A program made the translations under genes and the position numbers. Of a stretch of 64,000 bases of DNA, positions 41,258-55,788 are shown in pieces. Location of the stretch: positions 90,336,001-90,400,000 of the forward strand of contig CM052816.1 of NCBI GenBank assembly GCA_028534125.1, written 5' to 3'. A model generated the notes under the pieces. That model was not told the DNA's origin. It made no database searches and worked only from the letters and a program-made list of their open reading frames with translations. Source of the DNA: Lama glama. Its lineage: Eukaryota. Each line of letters begins with the position of its first letter. Positions within the stretch are counted from its first letter, which is position 1.

Positions 41258-43029
41258 AAGTCAGGCAGAGCAGTGGACAAACACAGCGCGGTCTCCAGAC
41301 TAACTGCATTTTGCTCTGTTGCTCTTTCACTCTCCTGCATCCCCGGGCTCACAGAAAGAGAGACATATTAAGAATTTTTATTACCTGATAGCATCATTTA
41401 TGAAGATAATTTTAGTTCAAAAGCATTATAAATATGTTACCAAAAAAATACATAAATTCAGCCCCTTATTTTATTTCTTTTTAAATACCAGTAACTCAAA
41501 ACAGATGTGCCAGTTGCCAGGATGCCATTGTCACTCATGGACCACGTGGTAAGGAAAAAAAAAAAAACTCTTCCTGTTTTTATTTAACATGGTGGTTCAT
41601 GAATTAACCATCAGAGGGCCCCAACACATGAGCATGTGAAAGCAATGGAATGAACACTGTAGGTTAATTTATGTATGGGAACGTGTACAATGCTCCCTAC
41701 AAATCCTCAGAGCACAAGAGACCCTTGAGAATTTCTCTACAACTGATACGTCATGTGACTCAGAGGAGTTTGTCCAGCTTGAAGGTCCACTAAGAATAAT
41801 AAAAACCTCTGCACAAGAAAATGCCTTGAATTTGTCAATTAATGCCAGAATATCAGTAGTCCAGCCCCAAAACGGGGGTCAATTCTAGTAATTCTTCTGC
41901 TACTGAATCACTGTGTTACTTTGCGCATTTTTCTCTTTGTCAGCTGGACATTTTAAGCAGCAAATTACAGGCATTCTCTAGGAATAGTGTCCCATTAGGG
42001 GCACCAGAAATTCCTTCTGCTCCCCAGAGCTTGGGAAAGCTGGGTGCCCATCACAGCAAAAAAATTCTCCTTGCTGGAGCACTAGCAAATGGCAAGAGAA
42101 AACTTTCTGAAATGTTTGCTGATGGACCACTATTTCAACTCTTGCTGGCAAGAGTGGCATGATAAAAATATTTAATTATTAATTAAATGCAGTCCAAAAT
42201 TAGAATTTTTGCACAACGTGCAGAGAGAGAACACCACTGAGGGTTATGTGATAAAAGTGTAACATATAGACACTAATGAACTAAAATGTTTCTTTTTTAA
42301 GTCTAAACATACATCTAGATCTATCTTAACAAATTATAGACTGTAATGCTATCCAGTGAAGGATTCAACAGAGTTTTTCAGTGAACTGTGGAACTCTGTG
42401 CCTAAATATTTAACCTGGATTCAGGGTGACAAATTGTATTTCCCACAGCCTCCCATAATGAGTCTGAAAGGAAATATGGCTTCCATCGCAGCCAAGTTGT
42501 TAAAGTGAATAATATGTGGGAAAGTTCATAAATTCAGTGAATATCGCCTATTACGGAAAACTCAGCTGGCTTCTGACAAATTTAAGAGTGTTCCTGGGGA
42601 TTTGTCAGTCAACAATTCTTTACTGAGCACTTACTATGTGTAGACAATGTTCCTGGCACTGGGGATACAGAAATAAACAAAGCAGCATATCTACCCTTAA
42701 GAAATTTATATCCTCAAGGGTGTGGGAAGAGTGGCAGCTAATACATACAGAGACTAATAAGTAAATCTGACCATTTCAGACACAACTAAGAGCTTTGCTT
42801 AAAGTAAGGTAATTTGATACAGACACGGAGAGGTCAGGGAGGTCCTCTCTGAAGGGCAACATCTGAGGAGAGACCCACATGTAAGAAGGGGGAATTCACG
42901 ATGGGGGAAGACCTAATTAACATCCCAAGAGAACAAGTTCAAAGACAGTTCCTAAAACTAAAATGAGCTCCCCTATGTTTTGGTTGGTTGTTAATTTAGT
43001 CTCACATCACCTCCGCCCCCCTCTGTGTG

Positions 43030-43230
43030 TGAAATGTTTTCACATATAGGAATTTAGGGAGTTCTCACAGCAACCAGGAGACGTGCATTTTATCATTCCT
43101 GTTTTGCCTGTGAGAGAATGGAAACTAAGCAGCGATGTTTAGCAACTTTCTCAAGGTCACATATGAATACGTAGCAGAGCATAAATTTAAACCCAGGCTT
43201 TTCTTCTCAAATCTTGTGTAACACACCACC
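43030..43230 (-). mobile_element. MIR SINE
   Basis: ttctcacagcaacc..tttatcattcctgtttt..ggaaactaag..tcaaggtcaca..tttaaacccagg core. Confidence 0.65.
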
Positions 43231-44074
43231 TATCACAGATTCCATTGCATTCATGTGTTATTAAGGAAAACTTCCTTGAGTCATTATTATTATTATCAAG
43301 AAAAATAAGCATGTCCTTTAACATCTCTACCAAAGAAAGAAAAAATAAGGGTGTGGGCTCTTTAAGAAACCAGGAGTTACAGCCAAGCGCCTGGACTAAG
43401 GAGGAGTTTCCTGGAGTACGAAGTGTAGCTGAGGCAGTGGTCATTTCATTGCATTTATCACTTGCTAAAAGACAGCTCAGATTCTCTCCGGGGAGGCAAA
43501 AGGGACAAAAATTAAGATGAGAAGGGCAGAAATACAGAAGCTCAGAGATTGAAATTCCAGATCACAAAAGAGACCTCACAAATCCAAAGAACACAGGAAT
43601 CAAACGAATTATTTCAAGTTCAGAATCAGCCACAAAGCTATTCTTAGGTGGTAATCAACACTTGGACTCAATGTGGCAGAAAACCTGAACACTTGTTTTG
43701 ATTACTTTCACCAGGGTTCAAAACTACAGCGATGGGAACAAAAACACGTTAAAAAGTAAAATAAGGGGAGAGAAGAAATTCAAACACGTGGCAAATTGTC
43801 ATTGTTACAGAAAAGCACTTAATTGGTACTGAGTACTAGTCCATCAAATCTTTTTTGGTTCCATGCAAAAAGTACTTTTTCTAATTTGCTCTTTAGATAT
43901 AAATCTGGTCAGTACATAGAAGACATACCCTCTTTTGTCATTTAGCAGTCTCTGAAGTCAGTGTACCCATCTGACTGTGCCATCCTAGGATGCCCTTACC
44001 TTTCATTTGGGAGCAGATTATGAAAGTAAGATATGAGTGCCAAAGAAGAATTACATCCTTTAGAATCTAAAAGG

Positions 44075-44243
44075 GCCAGTTAAATTTACATTTATGAAAT
44101 AAAAATGGAAACTCAGATCCCCAGTCATACTAGTCACATTTCAAGAGTTTAGTAGCCACAGGTGGTGGTTCATGACTCCTGCACTGGGCAGCACAGAAGA
44201 GACCACTTCTGTATCACAGAAGGCTCTAGGGACCACCCCTGGA
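44075..44243. mobile_element. MER3-like hAT MITE fragment
   Basis: cagtcatactagtcacatttcaagagtttagtagccaca..gggcagcacag. Confidence 0.65.
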
Positions 44244-44499
44244 CCTGATGGTGTCTGTTCAGGGGCATCAGTCTCACATCCTCTCTAGCCACAATCTCTC
44301 ACACTCCCCATGTTTTTCACTCCAAAAAATTTCCTTGCCCCAAATCTCATTCTGGTCTAATTTTGATTTGCTGTCTAGTCTCTCTGCCATAATAGCCGTA
44401 AAACAAGAAGATTAGATATAGATAGGAATTAAATTGCATTTGTTCCAACATCATTACTTTATAGATGAGGAAAAGCCTCTTGTTGTAGTAAAATATACC

Positions 44500-45850
44500 C
44501 CTTAGTTCAATAAATGTTTAATCAGTGAGTATATAATATACTCTAAGCACTGAGAACAGACCAAACCCTGACCCTCGTGGAGCTTAAACATCTAATGCAG
44601 GGGACAGACAATAAAGAGCAAACAAAAAGATGAGTAAGGGCAGGGAGGAAAATAATGCAGGATAAAGGAACAGAGGAGGGGATGGGGACAAAAAGGAGGC
44701 GAAGGGAGAAAGTAGCTGTAGCTTCTCCACATAGGGAGGTCAGAGAGAGAGAGCTTCTGTGTAAAGGTGACAATCGAAACAAAGCCTGAAAGTGTGAAAG
44801 AACAGTCATGTGAAGGTTTAGGATAAGAGCATTCCAGACACAGGAAACAATAAGCATAAAGCCCGTGGAATTGGAGTAAGCTTGGTGTGTCCAAGGAGAA
44901 TAAATAAGGGCAGAGCTGTTGGAGAAAAGTGACTGGGAAAGAAGTAATGGGAGGTGAGGTTTGAGAAGCAGCCAAGGACCAGATCCTATAGGGCTATGTA
45001 TCAGTTATCTATTGCTGTGTAACAAATTACCTCAAGACTTGAAACAACATTTGTTATTATCTCACAGTTGCTGTAGATCATAAATCCATGCACAGCTGGA
45101 CTGGACCTTCTGCTTTAAAGTCTCTTGCAGGCTGCACTCAAGGTGTTGGCCCAAACTAGGGTCCTCTGAAGTCTCAACTCGAGAAGGTTCCACTTCCAAG
45201 CTCATTCACAGGGTTGTGAATTCAAGATTCACTTTCCTGTGGGCTGTTGGACGGAGGACTTCGCTATCTCACTGGTTGTTGGCCAGAGGCTACCTTCAGT
45301 TCCTCATCTTGTGGGCCTCTCCTACATGGCAGCCTGTCTCATCAAAGTGAGCAGAGGAGAAGTAGAGTCTGCCAGTCAAAAGAAGTGACAGTTTTGTAAT
45401 CTAATCATAGAAGTCAGGCCCCATCACTCTGCTTTATTCTATTTGTCAGAACAAGTGACTGGGTCTAGGCCAAGCACTACATAAGGAATTATGTAAGAGC
45501 ATGAATACCAGGGGCAGGGATCATCGAGGGACGTTCTAGAAGTCTGCCCAACAGAGGTCTCATGAACCATGGTAAGGAGCTGGAATTTTACCTTAAGAGT
45601 GACTGGGAGGCAGGGAGAAGTTTCAGCCAAGAAACTGATATGATCTGATCTTCAGTTCGGGACCAGGCTGTTCTACAGAGAAAAGATATAACAGGTCAAC
45701 TGTGGAAATGGGGGGAAGATAAGCTATTGAAATTGCTCATGTGAAAAAGTAATAGAGCTAAGAAGATAGCAAGATCCTGTCAAACCAGACATCGATTTTA
45801 AAGACAGAACCGACAGTATTTGCTAATGGGTTGGATAAGGAGGGTGAGAG
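44500..45850 (-). mobile_element. L2 LINE fragment interrupted by an MLT1 LTR
   Basis: ttcaataaatgttt..cctcgtggagctt; agcattccagacacaggaaac; resumes ccatggtaaggagctggaattt..gatatgatctga. Confidence 0.75.
44997..45553 (-). mobile_element. MaLR solo LTR (MLT1F-like)
   Basis: TG..CA ends: tgtatcagttatctattgctgtgtaacaaattacc ... catgaataccagggg..agtctgcccaaca. Confidence 0.85.
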
Positions 45851-48151
45851 AATAAGACAGGAGCCCTAACCAAAAAGCCTGAAATAGATGGACTGGTCCC
45901 CACAGAAAGATTTCCCTGGAAGATCTTCCGAGAGAAAGATCTCTTGCTTCTTTACACTTTCTCTTTGCTTTCTCCCTGACATCCTCCTTTCACACCTCTC
46001 TGATGATCTTCACAAGTCACTTCCTAGTGTGGATGCTTAGAAAAATCTAGAATTTCCACACTTTTAATATGTCACAATAGGAAGCGACAGTGCTAAGAGC
46101 TGTAGGGAAAGTTGGGTATAAAAAATAGTTGTCATCATTTATTATTAAAAATAGGACACCATCTTTTTAAGTTTGTGTCCCAGTTTCACATAGTCACCAG
46201 TAGACAGCATATCCTCACCATTCCTGTAAAAATAAAAATAGTTTTAGTCTTTTAGACAAAAAGAAATGCTAATAAAGAAAGGAAAAGAGCTGATTTCTCA
46301 AGAACATTAGGAAGCTGGCTGTGCATTTTTAATGTATCAACTTCAATAATAAATGACTGTACTCTGTGAAATCACAGCATGGGTATTGGCTCTTCCAGGG
46401 AGAGTCTGACTTACAGCACCTCTCTCCCTGAAACCACCAAGAACCCGACAGATTAAACAGAGGAGTAGACAGATTTTATGGAACTTCCTGTTTAACTCAA
46501 TGTATTGTCCTAGGCTAACTCTGTGTGTAGCCAAATACCAAACAAACAAAACTCAAGTAAGTCATTAATTAATACTAAATAATACATTTCTTTTCTTCTC
46601 TGGTTGTAATAATTAACCCAGATTCCTTCATGGCTGAAGCAACTGATGCCACCTTCGCCCTCAGCAAAATGACAAGATTTCACTTTGGAATAGGCTTATC
46701 TTCACCTCATGCCCCTTTCTTTTCTCTCTCCCACCCACTCCCTGCAAAACAAGCTTCTATCTTGGCTGTGTGCTTCTTGTTGAGAGAGGGTCTTCTAAGG
46801 ATAGTTAAGATCCACAGGAAGAAATATCTCCTGTGCATTTTACAATGCCTGAGTTTCTCTCATCCTTCGTATTCATATTTTCCCATCACCCTTGATATTA
46901 CCAAACAGGTAACCTTGGCAGGTCACAAAAAGCACGACACCCTCTCTTTTATAAGAAATGCTACACTCATTCAATCCCGGTGACAATTCCTGTGCGTATT
47001 CTACCAAAAGTGAAATTTAGCACTGTAACAAGAGAACAGATTTTTTCCTGACTTTCATATTCTATTCCTTCAGGAAACAAACAAAAAAAAGTTAGACTGT
47101 TTCTCATCATTTCTGATGCTTTCAAGGTTGGAATAGTGAAATAGAAAGGGAAACAGTGGCTCCAGATTTAGTCTTAAAGGGCCCCTAGTGAGATGTGGAT
47201 ATTCAGCTCTGGGACTACCCACATGTATATTTGATCCCAAGATATAACTACGGACAAGTTGCTCAAGAGACTGGGTGACGTGCTGAAACCTATACAGGTA
47301 GGGGGGGAAAAAGCAATAATACAGGCCCCCTGACAGCATGACCTGTGTCTCCGAGGCACTCCCAGAGACCCGGAACGACTGCAAAGGGGCTGCTTTAAAG
47401 ACAACCACCCTCACGTCAGTGTCAGAAAGGGCTTCTCCAACTATAACCATCTCTCTTTAAACCAATTCCCTGAAAAAGTAGAACTTATTCTTTTCATTTT
47501 TACTGTCAATATTGATGGTGAGCAACTTGAAGTTTCCTTTAAGGAATATAAATACAATGTCAGGCATGGAGGACACAATGATGAATAAGACACCTTGAAG
47601 TCTTCTATTTCAAGCACCTTCTAAGATTCAATTCTGCTTTCCGTGTTCCAGTATAGACACCCTCAAGAAACCGGCTTCCCCACGCTGGCTTTGGTTGCTG
47701 TTCTTCACTCTACCCTTTGAACGAGGCAGCTCAAATATGCAATTTTTCTCTACCTACCTTAAAACCTTTTTCTTCTTCCCGTTTCCTCTTCTATCCCTTG
47801 TCCACATGGACCTAAAGAACATCTTATACTTCCTTACTTTCCCCCATACCTCTCCCCCACCCTAATATTGCACAGTCTCTTCCTCCTTTGGGCCATCATG
47901 CTATTCTACATGGGATCTTCCTTACAAAACTCCATGGACACTTCAAGATTTGGGCCAAATCTCAGCACTCAAACTAACCTTCCACTGACATTGAACATAC
48001 ATCTGTTTATCACATTATATTATAATTAGCAATTTTTATGTCTACCTTTTATGTCTCAAGGGAAGGAATATACCAATGCCCCAACTAACCACCTAGCCCT
48101 TTGCAGATATCCATTATATTTTTGTAAATGAAAGAATGCATTGTCAGTTAA

Positions 48152-48395
48152 TGATAACAGTAGCTAATATTTATTGAGTACTTATAGCACAATAGGTGTC
48201 ATTATAAGCATTCCTCATAATTTAATTAATCTAATCCTCATTTCCAACTTATGAGATAGGAACTATTATCATCTTAACATTGCAGATAAGAAACTAAAAA
48301 GCAGAGTTAGATAAACTGCCCAAGTTCACAAAGACAAGAAAGGGAAAAGGTGGGATTTGGACCTAGTGTCTTTTAACCACTGGGCAATATACTGG
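48152..48395 (-). mobile_element. MIR SINE
   Basis: gctaatatttattgagtactta..taatcctca..ttgcagataagaaact..tgcccaagttcaca..gggatttggacc. Confidence 0.8.
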
Positions 48396-48402
48396 CTGTA
48401 GA

Positions 48403-48613
48403 TGAGGTGTCAACAAACTTTTTCTCAAAGAGCCATATAGTAAATGGTTTTGGCTGTAGGCCAAAGATCACTATTCAACTTTGAAGCTGTAGCAGGAAAC
48501 CAGTCATAGACAACATGTAAGTGAATGGGTATGGCCGTGTTCCAATAAAACTTTATTTACAAAAACGGACAATGACATGATTTGGCTCAAGGCATGTGGT
48601 TTCCTGACCATTG
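48403..48613. mobile_element. MER58A-like hAT MITE
   Basis: caaactttttct..atagtaaat..ggccgtgttccaataaaactttatttacaaaaac. Confidence 0.85.
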
Positions 48614-49533
48614 CTATAGATGCTCCATCCATGTATCCCAATATCATGCACATAAACAGATAATATCTAGAGAGCACACTCAAGAATTTGAGTACCAAAA
48701 ATAGACTCACTGGATTAGTCGTGAAAAAGTAAGAGATATTCTTTATCAGCAGCAGAGGGAAAATGGCTGCCAATGCTTAGTGTGACAACTGAAGAAGGAC
48801 AGTGTCACAGTGTGCTGCTGACTCTGCTGCTGGTCTTACTTCCTGGGACATTAAGTTCATTTCTCATAGTAGCTAAGACTTTTCTGGGCTTCTTCATAAC
48901 ATGGTAGCAGTGGCTGCCCGTTCTGCTCTTAGCAAATGAAACCTTCTTTCTTTCATCAATACCACACTAAAGACCTTTCCTGCAATTTCATCTTGGGTCT
49001 AGTGCTTGGTGTAGCCAAAAAGAAGCCTCCAGAACTACTGTGCTGCTCGGAATCCCATGGCTACATGCCTAGAAGATAAATTATGGTAAATGTCAAGAAG
49101 ATGTCCTGGTCTGTTTCTTATCCACTCAGCAGCATCAATTCTCTCAGAACTGTCGCAAGCGTTGCCACATTGCAAGCCTTAGGGTGGGGTTGGCTGGCTG
49201 GGGCCTGAAACCCACCAATTACAAAGCAAAATAAATATAAAGGCACAGATAGTGGCAGCTCTGCAGGAGAGCTCCATTAGTCTGCTTTAAAAAGAGGGCG
49301 TGGCTGCTGGTGGAATCCCTAGCAGATTTTCAGATTCTTGAGGAAAAGGAATCAACCCTGATATCTACTTGTAACCTGTGCATTGTACCCACCACGCAAC
49401 CGGTGCCCTCTGTGTAGTGTTTGAATGAACCTGCCCTCCTCCCCAGCTTCCAGAGCTGCGCTGCTCGTTGACATTGCCTAGCTTGCATCTCTCTCCGTTT
49501 CTACTCTCACTGAAGCCCTTGATATTTATTCTT

Positions 49534-49894
49534 GTTTTTAGTTTTTTAAAAAAAGTTTTTATTGAAATGTAGTTGATTTATAGTGTTAGTTTTAGGTGTA
49601 CAGCAAAGTGATTCAGTTATACATACATATACATATTTTTTTTCAGATTCTTTTCCATTATAGCTGATTAGAATAAATTGAATATAATTTCCTGTGTGGT
49701 ACGGTAGGTCCTTGTTGTTTATCTGTTTTATATATAGTAATATGTACCTGTTAATCCCAAACTCCTAATTTATCCCCCTCCCTCCTTCTCCCTTTGGTAA
49801 CCATAGGTTGTTTTCTATGTCTGAGAGTCAATTTCTGGTTCGTAAATAAAATGTATATCTTTTTCTTTTTTGGATTCTACACATAAAGTGAGTC
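49534..49894 (-). mobile_element. 5'-truncated L1 3' end with TSD
   Basis: ggtgtacagcaaagtgattcagttatacatac..; TSD TGATATTTA(T/C)TCTT at 49520-49533 and 49895-49908 (13/14 identical). Confidence 0.88.
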
Positions 49895-52800
49895 TGATAT
49901 TTACTCTTATTTCTGAGTCCCTGCCTGTGCTCTAGTGAACCCAATGGGTTTCTTTTAAGCCGCTATCACTGTATTCAAGGATTTCTAATTTAACAGCCTT
50001 GCTACCTCTCAGCATTGGCAGATTTTGTTCCTGTACTGATTGGATCAACCTGAAGTCACCTCGTTCCTCCTCATATCGTTCCAGTCTCTCTGATTACTCA
50101 ACCTTGCTACCTGTCTGTCATTTACATTCTTGCTCTTCCAATTTGGTGGAAATCCCTTCTCTGTGGACTCTCAGACTTTCCACTTGCTTTCCTGACTTGG
50201 CTTCTGTCTTTTCTTCTGGGTTTGGTATTTTCATAACCGTTTTGACAGCCATGCTCTCTCATCCCAACCCAGGTACTCCCCTCCCAACAGGCTTCCCAGG
50301 GAACAGTTTGCTGTTCATTAGTTCTGGACATAAATAAAGAATCGGTAAACGCCTTTGGCATCGTCCCTCACAGTCTTTTATCTTTTAGGTGTGATTCAGT
50401 TTCCCACCTGCCACATTCCACTCCATCTTCACATTTTTCTGTGTTTTACAATTCTCCATGTGACCAAAGAACTCTTCAAAGGGCTTTTTTTCTTTGTAAA
50501 TCATATTTTCATGATTTCTTGTGCAAATTCTAACCAACAAAAATAGGCAAATAACCTACTTTACTAAATATTTAAGAAAACCATTGGCTCAATGTGTACA
50601 ATTAAGAATAAACAAATATCTCACTGTTTGCTGTCAGTCACTGTTTGCCTACAAGGGGTAGAAAAAGATAGTGACATACTTTGATTCTTTTTGTGTTTTT
50701 CTGTAAAAAGTACAGATAAAATGAGTTTAATGACCCATTATATGAAGAGTTTGTTCAGTTACTTGCTTGCGGATGAAGGAAGGGCTCCAGGAAGTCCAAA
50801 TTTTATGCTCACTACGAGAAGCACACACACACAGAAATCCCAAATATAGAGTCTTTCCAGATACTATTTTATTTATTTGTTTGATTTATTTTATTTGTAG
50901 CACAATCCAAAACAGATAAGAATATATTTGTTCTCAGTTAATTCTCAAATCACTCCAGGAAATACTAAATATTGTATTTCTTTGTGCATTGTTCAAAGGC
51001 TGCTCCTGTGGTTTGAAAGAGACAAAAGACATCTCCTGGTGAACACTGCCATTTCTCTAGGGGAAAGCTCTACCCATCTAACAGCTATTTTAAGACCTTG
51101 AAGATGCATTACCACAGGCTGCAATTACTCTGTGAATCCCAATTTGAACTGAAGTATCATCTCTCAAGGGTGTAATCCCAGGGTCACATTTCCTTTTCCA
51201 GGCAAAGTAACCAGCTCTTCAACTGCTAAGGCCACTGCAGGCAACCTCAGACAATCAAAATTCCTTTTTATCTCTACGTAAATAAAATTATCTTCAAAAA
51301 TAGGCAATTTGAAATTCATAAAAACAACAACCTACAGTGATAACAAGAACAAATCAGCCACAAATAATTACTAATTATGGTCAAGTGTTGAATAAAGATC
51401 AAATGGACTAATGGGTATCTTTTAAGCATCATTTCTATGTAGTATTGAAATAAATAGTATAGAAATACACGTATGATTTTTAAAGCTTTGCGTGTCTTCA
51501 TGCAACAATTATTATTTATTGTGTTTGTCTTCTTCTGAGGCTATTGTCCCAAATGCCTTAATGCCCTTTTTCAATAAAGAGGACGGAAGCTCCAGACCTG
51601 AAATGCCCTCCCAGCTCTTTGGTCTTTGGCTATGGCTTTTATCCGCTTCAAAAGAAATCACAGGAGACCCTGACTTTGCGTGTGGTCTGTCCAACCACAT
51701 TACATTCACAGGCTCGGAGGGCATATATACGAAGGGCAATCGGGCATTGTGTTTTGATTTTGCTCCCAAATTACAGAAAAAACATACAGGACACCAGAAA
51801 ATACTGCTTTATTTAAATGTCCTTCTTTGTTTCTTCCATCATCTTTCCAACTGTAGGAAAGATTAATCAGTTTTATTGCAAGGAAAAACTAAACAACAGC
51901 TCTCAAAAATAAATAAGCACCTTTACCAAGATATACATCTGACCCACATAGAGACGTATTTTCACCTGTGTCTTCTGACAGTGAAGATTTATTCGCTTGG
52001 ATCTTTTCATATCCCTCCAGTCCCTTGAAACTAAGAGTTTACTTGAGATATCTTTTTTCCCTGAATCCTGCACCCACTCCCTGGGGTGAGGTAACCATCT
52101 CTCTCACATGGGTTATTGCCCCATCTTCTCACCTAGTAACTCATTCTCTACAATTCAGTCATGATGAGAACTTTGAACTCGAACTAGTTTATTGAGCCTT
52201 TCAAGTTTCAGCCCTGACTCATAGTGGCAACCTCATGAATCTTTACATCCAGCTTCACAGTCCAAGCCTTCATAACAATGCAAGTCTTTTTGTTCCTAGA
52301 ACATGTCATGTTCTCTTCCTCTGCAAATGTATAGATACCATGATTCAGTCTGCCTCGACGCTCTTGCCTCTCCTAATTTCTTGGTCAACCCCTATCCACC
52401 CTTGATGTCTCAGCACAATTTTTATTTCCCTCTTTTCCCCCACCTAACATCCTCTCCTCTGAGAATGATTCAAGATGTGTTTTTTCATCATAGTACTTCT
52501 CACATTTTATATGATGGACTAAATACTCTTCTCCACATATGGGCAGGGTCATATCTGTCTTGACATGGTTATACAACCAGTATACAATTTAATATTTACA
52601 GAATGAATGACTAGTTGACTGGCTGGGTGGAAGGATGGAGGGATGATGGATAGATTTTTTTTTAGATGTGTGGCATTAGGATGGCTATCTGAGAACAGGG
52701 CAGAGACAACAGAACTCTACGGTGCCCTTGCTGCCATCAATACACCTTTAAAAACATGCCACTGAATTCTCTCCACATTGATTTGGTACAAGACATGTTC

Positions 52801-53500
52801 ATTATGTAACAAATGTTTAAACCCTCACTTATATAATCAAGTTTCAAAGAAGTGATTTTAAAATATTCGTTTACGTATTCCTTCAGGTATTTGACAATAT
52901 CTGGGTGAAATTTATTGTTTCTTCTTTTAAGGAATTTACAGTCTAAGGATGTGTTATACAATGAACTTAAAGTTAAAATAAAGTTAAGCCATAATAATTC
53001 TGTATCATTTTTAAGGGACTATTTTTGCACATCATTTTCTAAAAGTCCTAAAAAATTGTTTAAAATGTTTTGACTGGAAAAAAATATGAATCTACATTCA
53101 AAGATATTTCTGATTTGTCAAATATCCCATCTTATGAATTCTACAAAGATTAAATAACGCATATCCATGTGAGGAAACTAGCAAAATAAGTGTGAAAGGG
53201 GCAGAGTTGAGAGCTTGGACATCGGAAAAATGATCTGAGGAGGGTTGAAAGTAGACTCTTACCTAAAGAAGTGCTCTCTTATTGTGTGTTGAGTGAAATT
53301 TTCCATCACAGTCCCTGGAAGGTGGTGAGCCCCATTACATCCAATATGGAAACCAGGACCCTGGGGACATAGCCTTGCCATTTTTGGATAATAGATGGAT
53401 GGTGCTTTCTAATGGTGATGGGGAGATTTAGGTTTCCCCCAAAACCCAAGGAAATTGTTCTGCATAGTGAGCACTTAGGAGAGAATTCACACAAAGCCAC

Positions 53501-53513
53501 GTTGCCTGGAAAC
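53501..53513 (+). promoter_or_regulatory. RFX X-box-like motif GTTGCCTGGAAAC
   Basis: 13-bp X-box variant; motif only. Confidence 0.3.
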
Positions 53514-53889
53514 GTCTCATAAGGGAAAGCAGGCAGTCTCAACAGTGCTTAATGGGTTGTCAAAAGAACGTGATTGTAACAGAAACAGGATGGACTGTAA
53601 GAAGGGCTGCATCTGAGTACCTTTTTCTAGTCCAGTCAATAATTAGTGCATTTGTGATCACCAGTACAGACGGTAGAATGAGTCTGTGAATTTTATCTTC
53701 TCCATGATCTGTTATTCAGCAGAGCATAGTACAGCAGAAAGAAGAGGAACCTGAATTCTTACAGTGACCTCAGCTCAGGCTTCCTTTTCTTCTTCCTCCT
53801 TTCCTCACTCCATCCTTTCCCATTGTCACAATTCTCTCCACGTGATCATACAGTAACTGTGCAAAGTTCAGTATTAGCCCTGTTTTATC

Positions 53890-54891
53890 CAGGGGTGTGC
53901 TGTAAAGGTTTAACCACCTGCTCTTATGAGGGAAAAAAAAAATGTAAGGGTATCTATGTGCACAGAAGTTTTACTAACACAAAGGGATGTGTGGTACACA
54001 ATTTACAAAAACAATAAAATATGCAATACTCTTTACTGTAAACATTATGTAGCCAATTTATTCTTGCAGAATATTTAGCCTGGTTTTTGCTGAAATCTTG
54101 TATTCATAGCCAAACTATAGTTGCAATTCCAACATGATTTCATTAAATTAGGCTATGAATAAATGCTTGATTACTTCCTAATTCAGAAGTGTCATGTCAT
54201 TGACAAGCTAATATAGTTCTGACATAAATATTAGTTGATATTTCCATTATTGTAATGTGTGATACAAAAAGGGGAAAATGAAGAAAATGAAAATGTATGT
54301 GACAACCTCACTCATTCACTAATGATGTGAGGACATATTTGCCCAATCAGATAATAGTTTTCAAATACTGGAAGAATATTTCCTCAATCTTTTGTGCTAT
54401 TCACAATATGATAGCTTTAGACATGACATATTCAAGCTTAATCTACCTTATTAACATTTTTCTGTTACTTTCTTAAGTCTAAATAATCAACAAAACAATA
54501 AATCAAACCCTGATGAAGTGAAGTGAAAGAGAAAGCATTTGCCAGTTTCTGTGGTGTGAATACTCCCATCATGACCAATTTCAAACTCTAGTGTAAGGTC
54601 ACTGAACACAGAGATGGGAAGATACACCAAAATAGCACACCATTACATGGCTTTGCCACCAGATTGTCCTAATAGACAGAGACCTACAGGAGCAGAAATA
54701 ATAGTAAAATAACTAGGAAGTGATGAGTTCTGAGTATCTATCAACTGTGGCTTTAATATAATTTATTTAACGGTAAGTTCATATAATTTGATTTTTAACA
54801 ATACCCATGTTTAGTAACGATGTGGCAAAATTTCTAAAAATTTCACAATTTGCTCTCTCGAGCCAGTATGAGCCCCTCCAGTGCACCAGTG
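53890..54891. mobile_element. MER63-like hAT-Blackjack DNA transposon (~1 kb)
   Basis: Ends caggggtgtgctg ... ccagtgcaccagtg; internal gtggtgtgaatactcccatcatg and aggaagtgatgagtt match recalled MER63; degenerate 8-bp flanks gttttatc/gattgttc. Confidence 0.75.
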
Positions 54892-55364
54892 GATTGTTCT
54901 TTCTAGGTCATTTACCCTTTCTTGCTACTTGTCACAAGCACCATGCTACGTAATGACAGTTTCCTCTTGAAGATCAGAGAGTTGGGGATGAGATCCTTCT
55001 TCTCCGTCACTGGCCCATGCAGACTTGGAACATTACAGACGTTCAGTAGGTGCTTGTAATGAATACATGAAACACTAAACATTTGCCCCTTTCAAGCCTG
55101 GGACGTGGGGAAAATTCTGTTGCAAACACTCAGCAGTTTTTACTTCCTATTTTCATCTCATTACTGACTCAGCTTAACAAAGGCTTCTCTTCTGGTATTA
55201 ATTCACATTACAGAAAGCTCATATAAATATTAATTAGGCAATTTCTGTACATTGCTCACATTTGGTACTAACTCAGAGAATCATATTAAAACAGAAAGAA
55301 CCCCTGTGCTAGGTACACTAGTGAACTTTCTCATGCTTGTTATTCTCCTGACCCACCTGCCCCC

Positions 55365-55788
55365 AGTAAATTCGTGGAGTAGCCGCTGATCTACCCAGAC
55401 CAGCCCTCCTCAGTTCTGAACAGTTCATTCCTGCAGCTCCTGAAGGCACTGTAACCAAAGGTTCACAGCAGAGTGTCTCTCTAGGAATTGTCCTTGTATG
55501 AACAAAGCTACCCAGCCCAAGATCACTCCTCTTCCCCTGTGACAGACTGTAATAAATGATGGGTCACTTCAGGTGCATGTGGACCCAGCCCTTTTGCTTT
55601 AATTTGGGACAATTCTGCAGAACCATCCCAGCTCCAGCACTCTCTGGGGAGTCTGCTGAGGCTTCTGGTGTACCTGCACCATCCTCCAACTTTTACCGCT
55701 GCCTGGTTCTGCGTCCTTAGCTCACTCAACTTACGCACACAAAACTCTACCTCAGGGTCCGTTCCTTGGGGACCCCAACCTACTGCAG
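55365..55788 (+). mobile_element. LTR16-like ERVL solo LTR
   Basis: ttgggacaattctgcag..catcccagctccag..ctcagggtccgttccttggggaccccaacct end. Confidence 0.7.
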
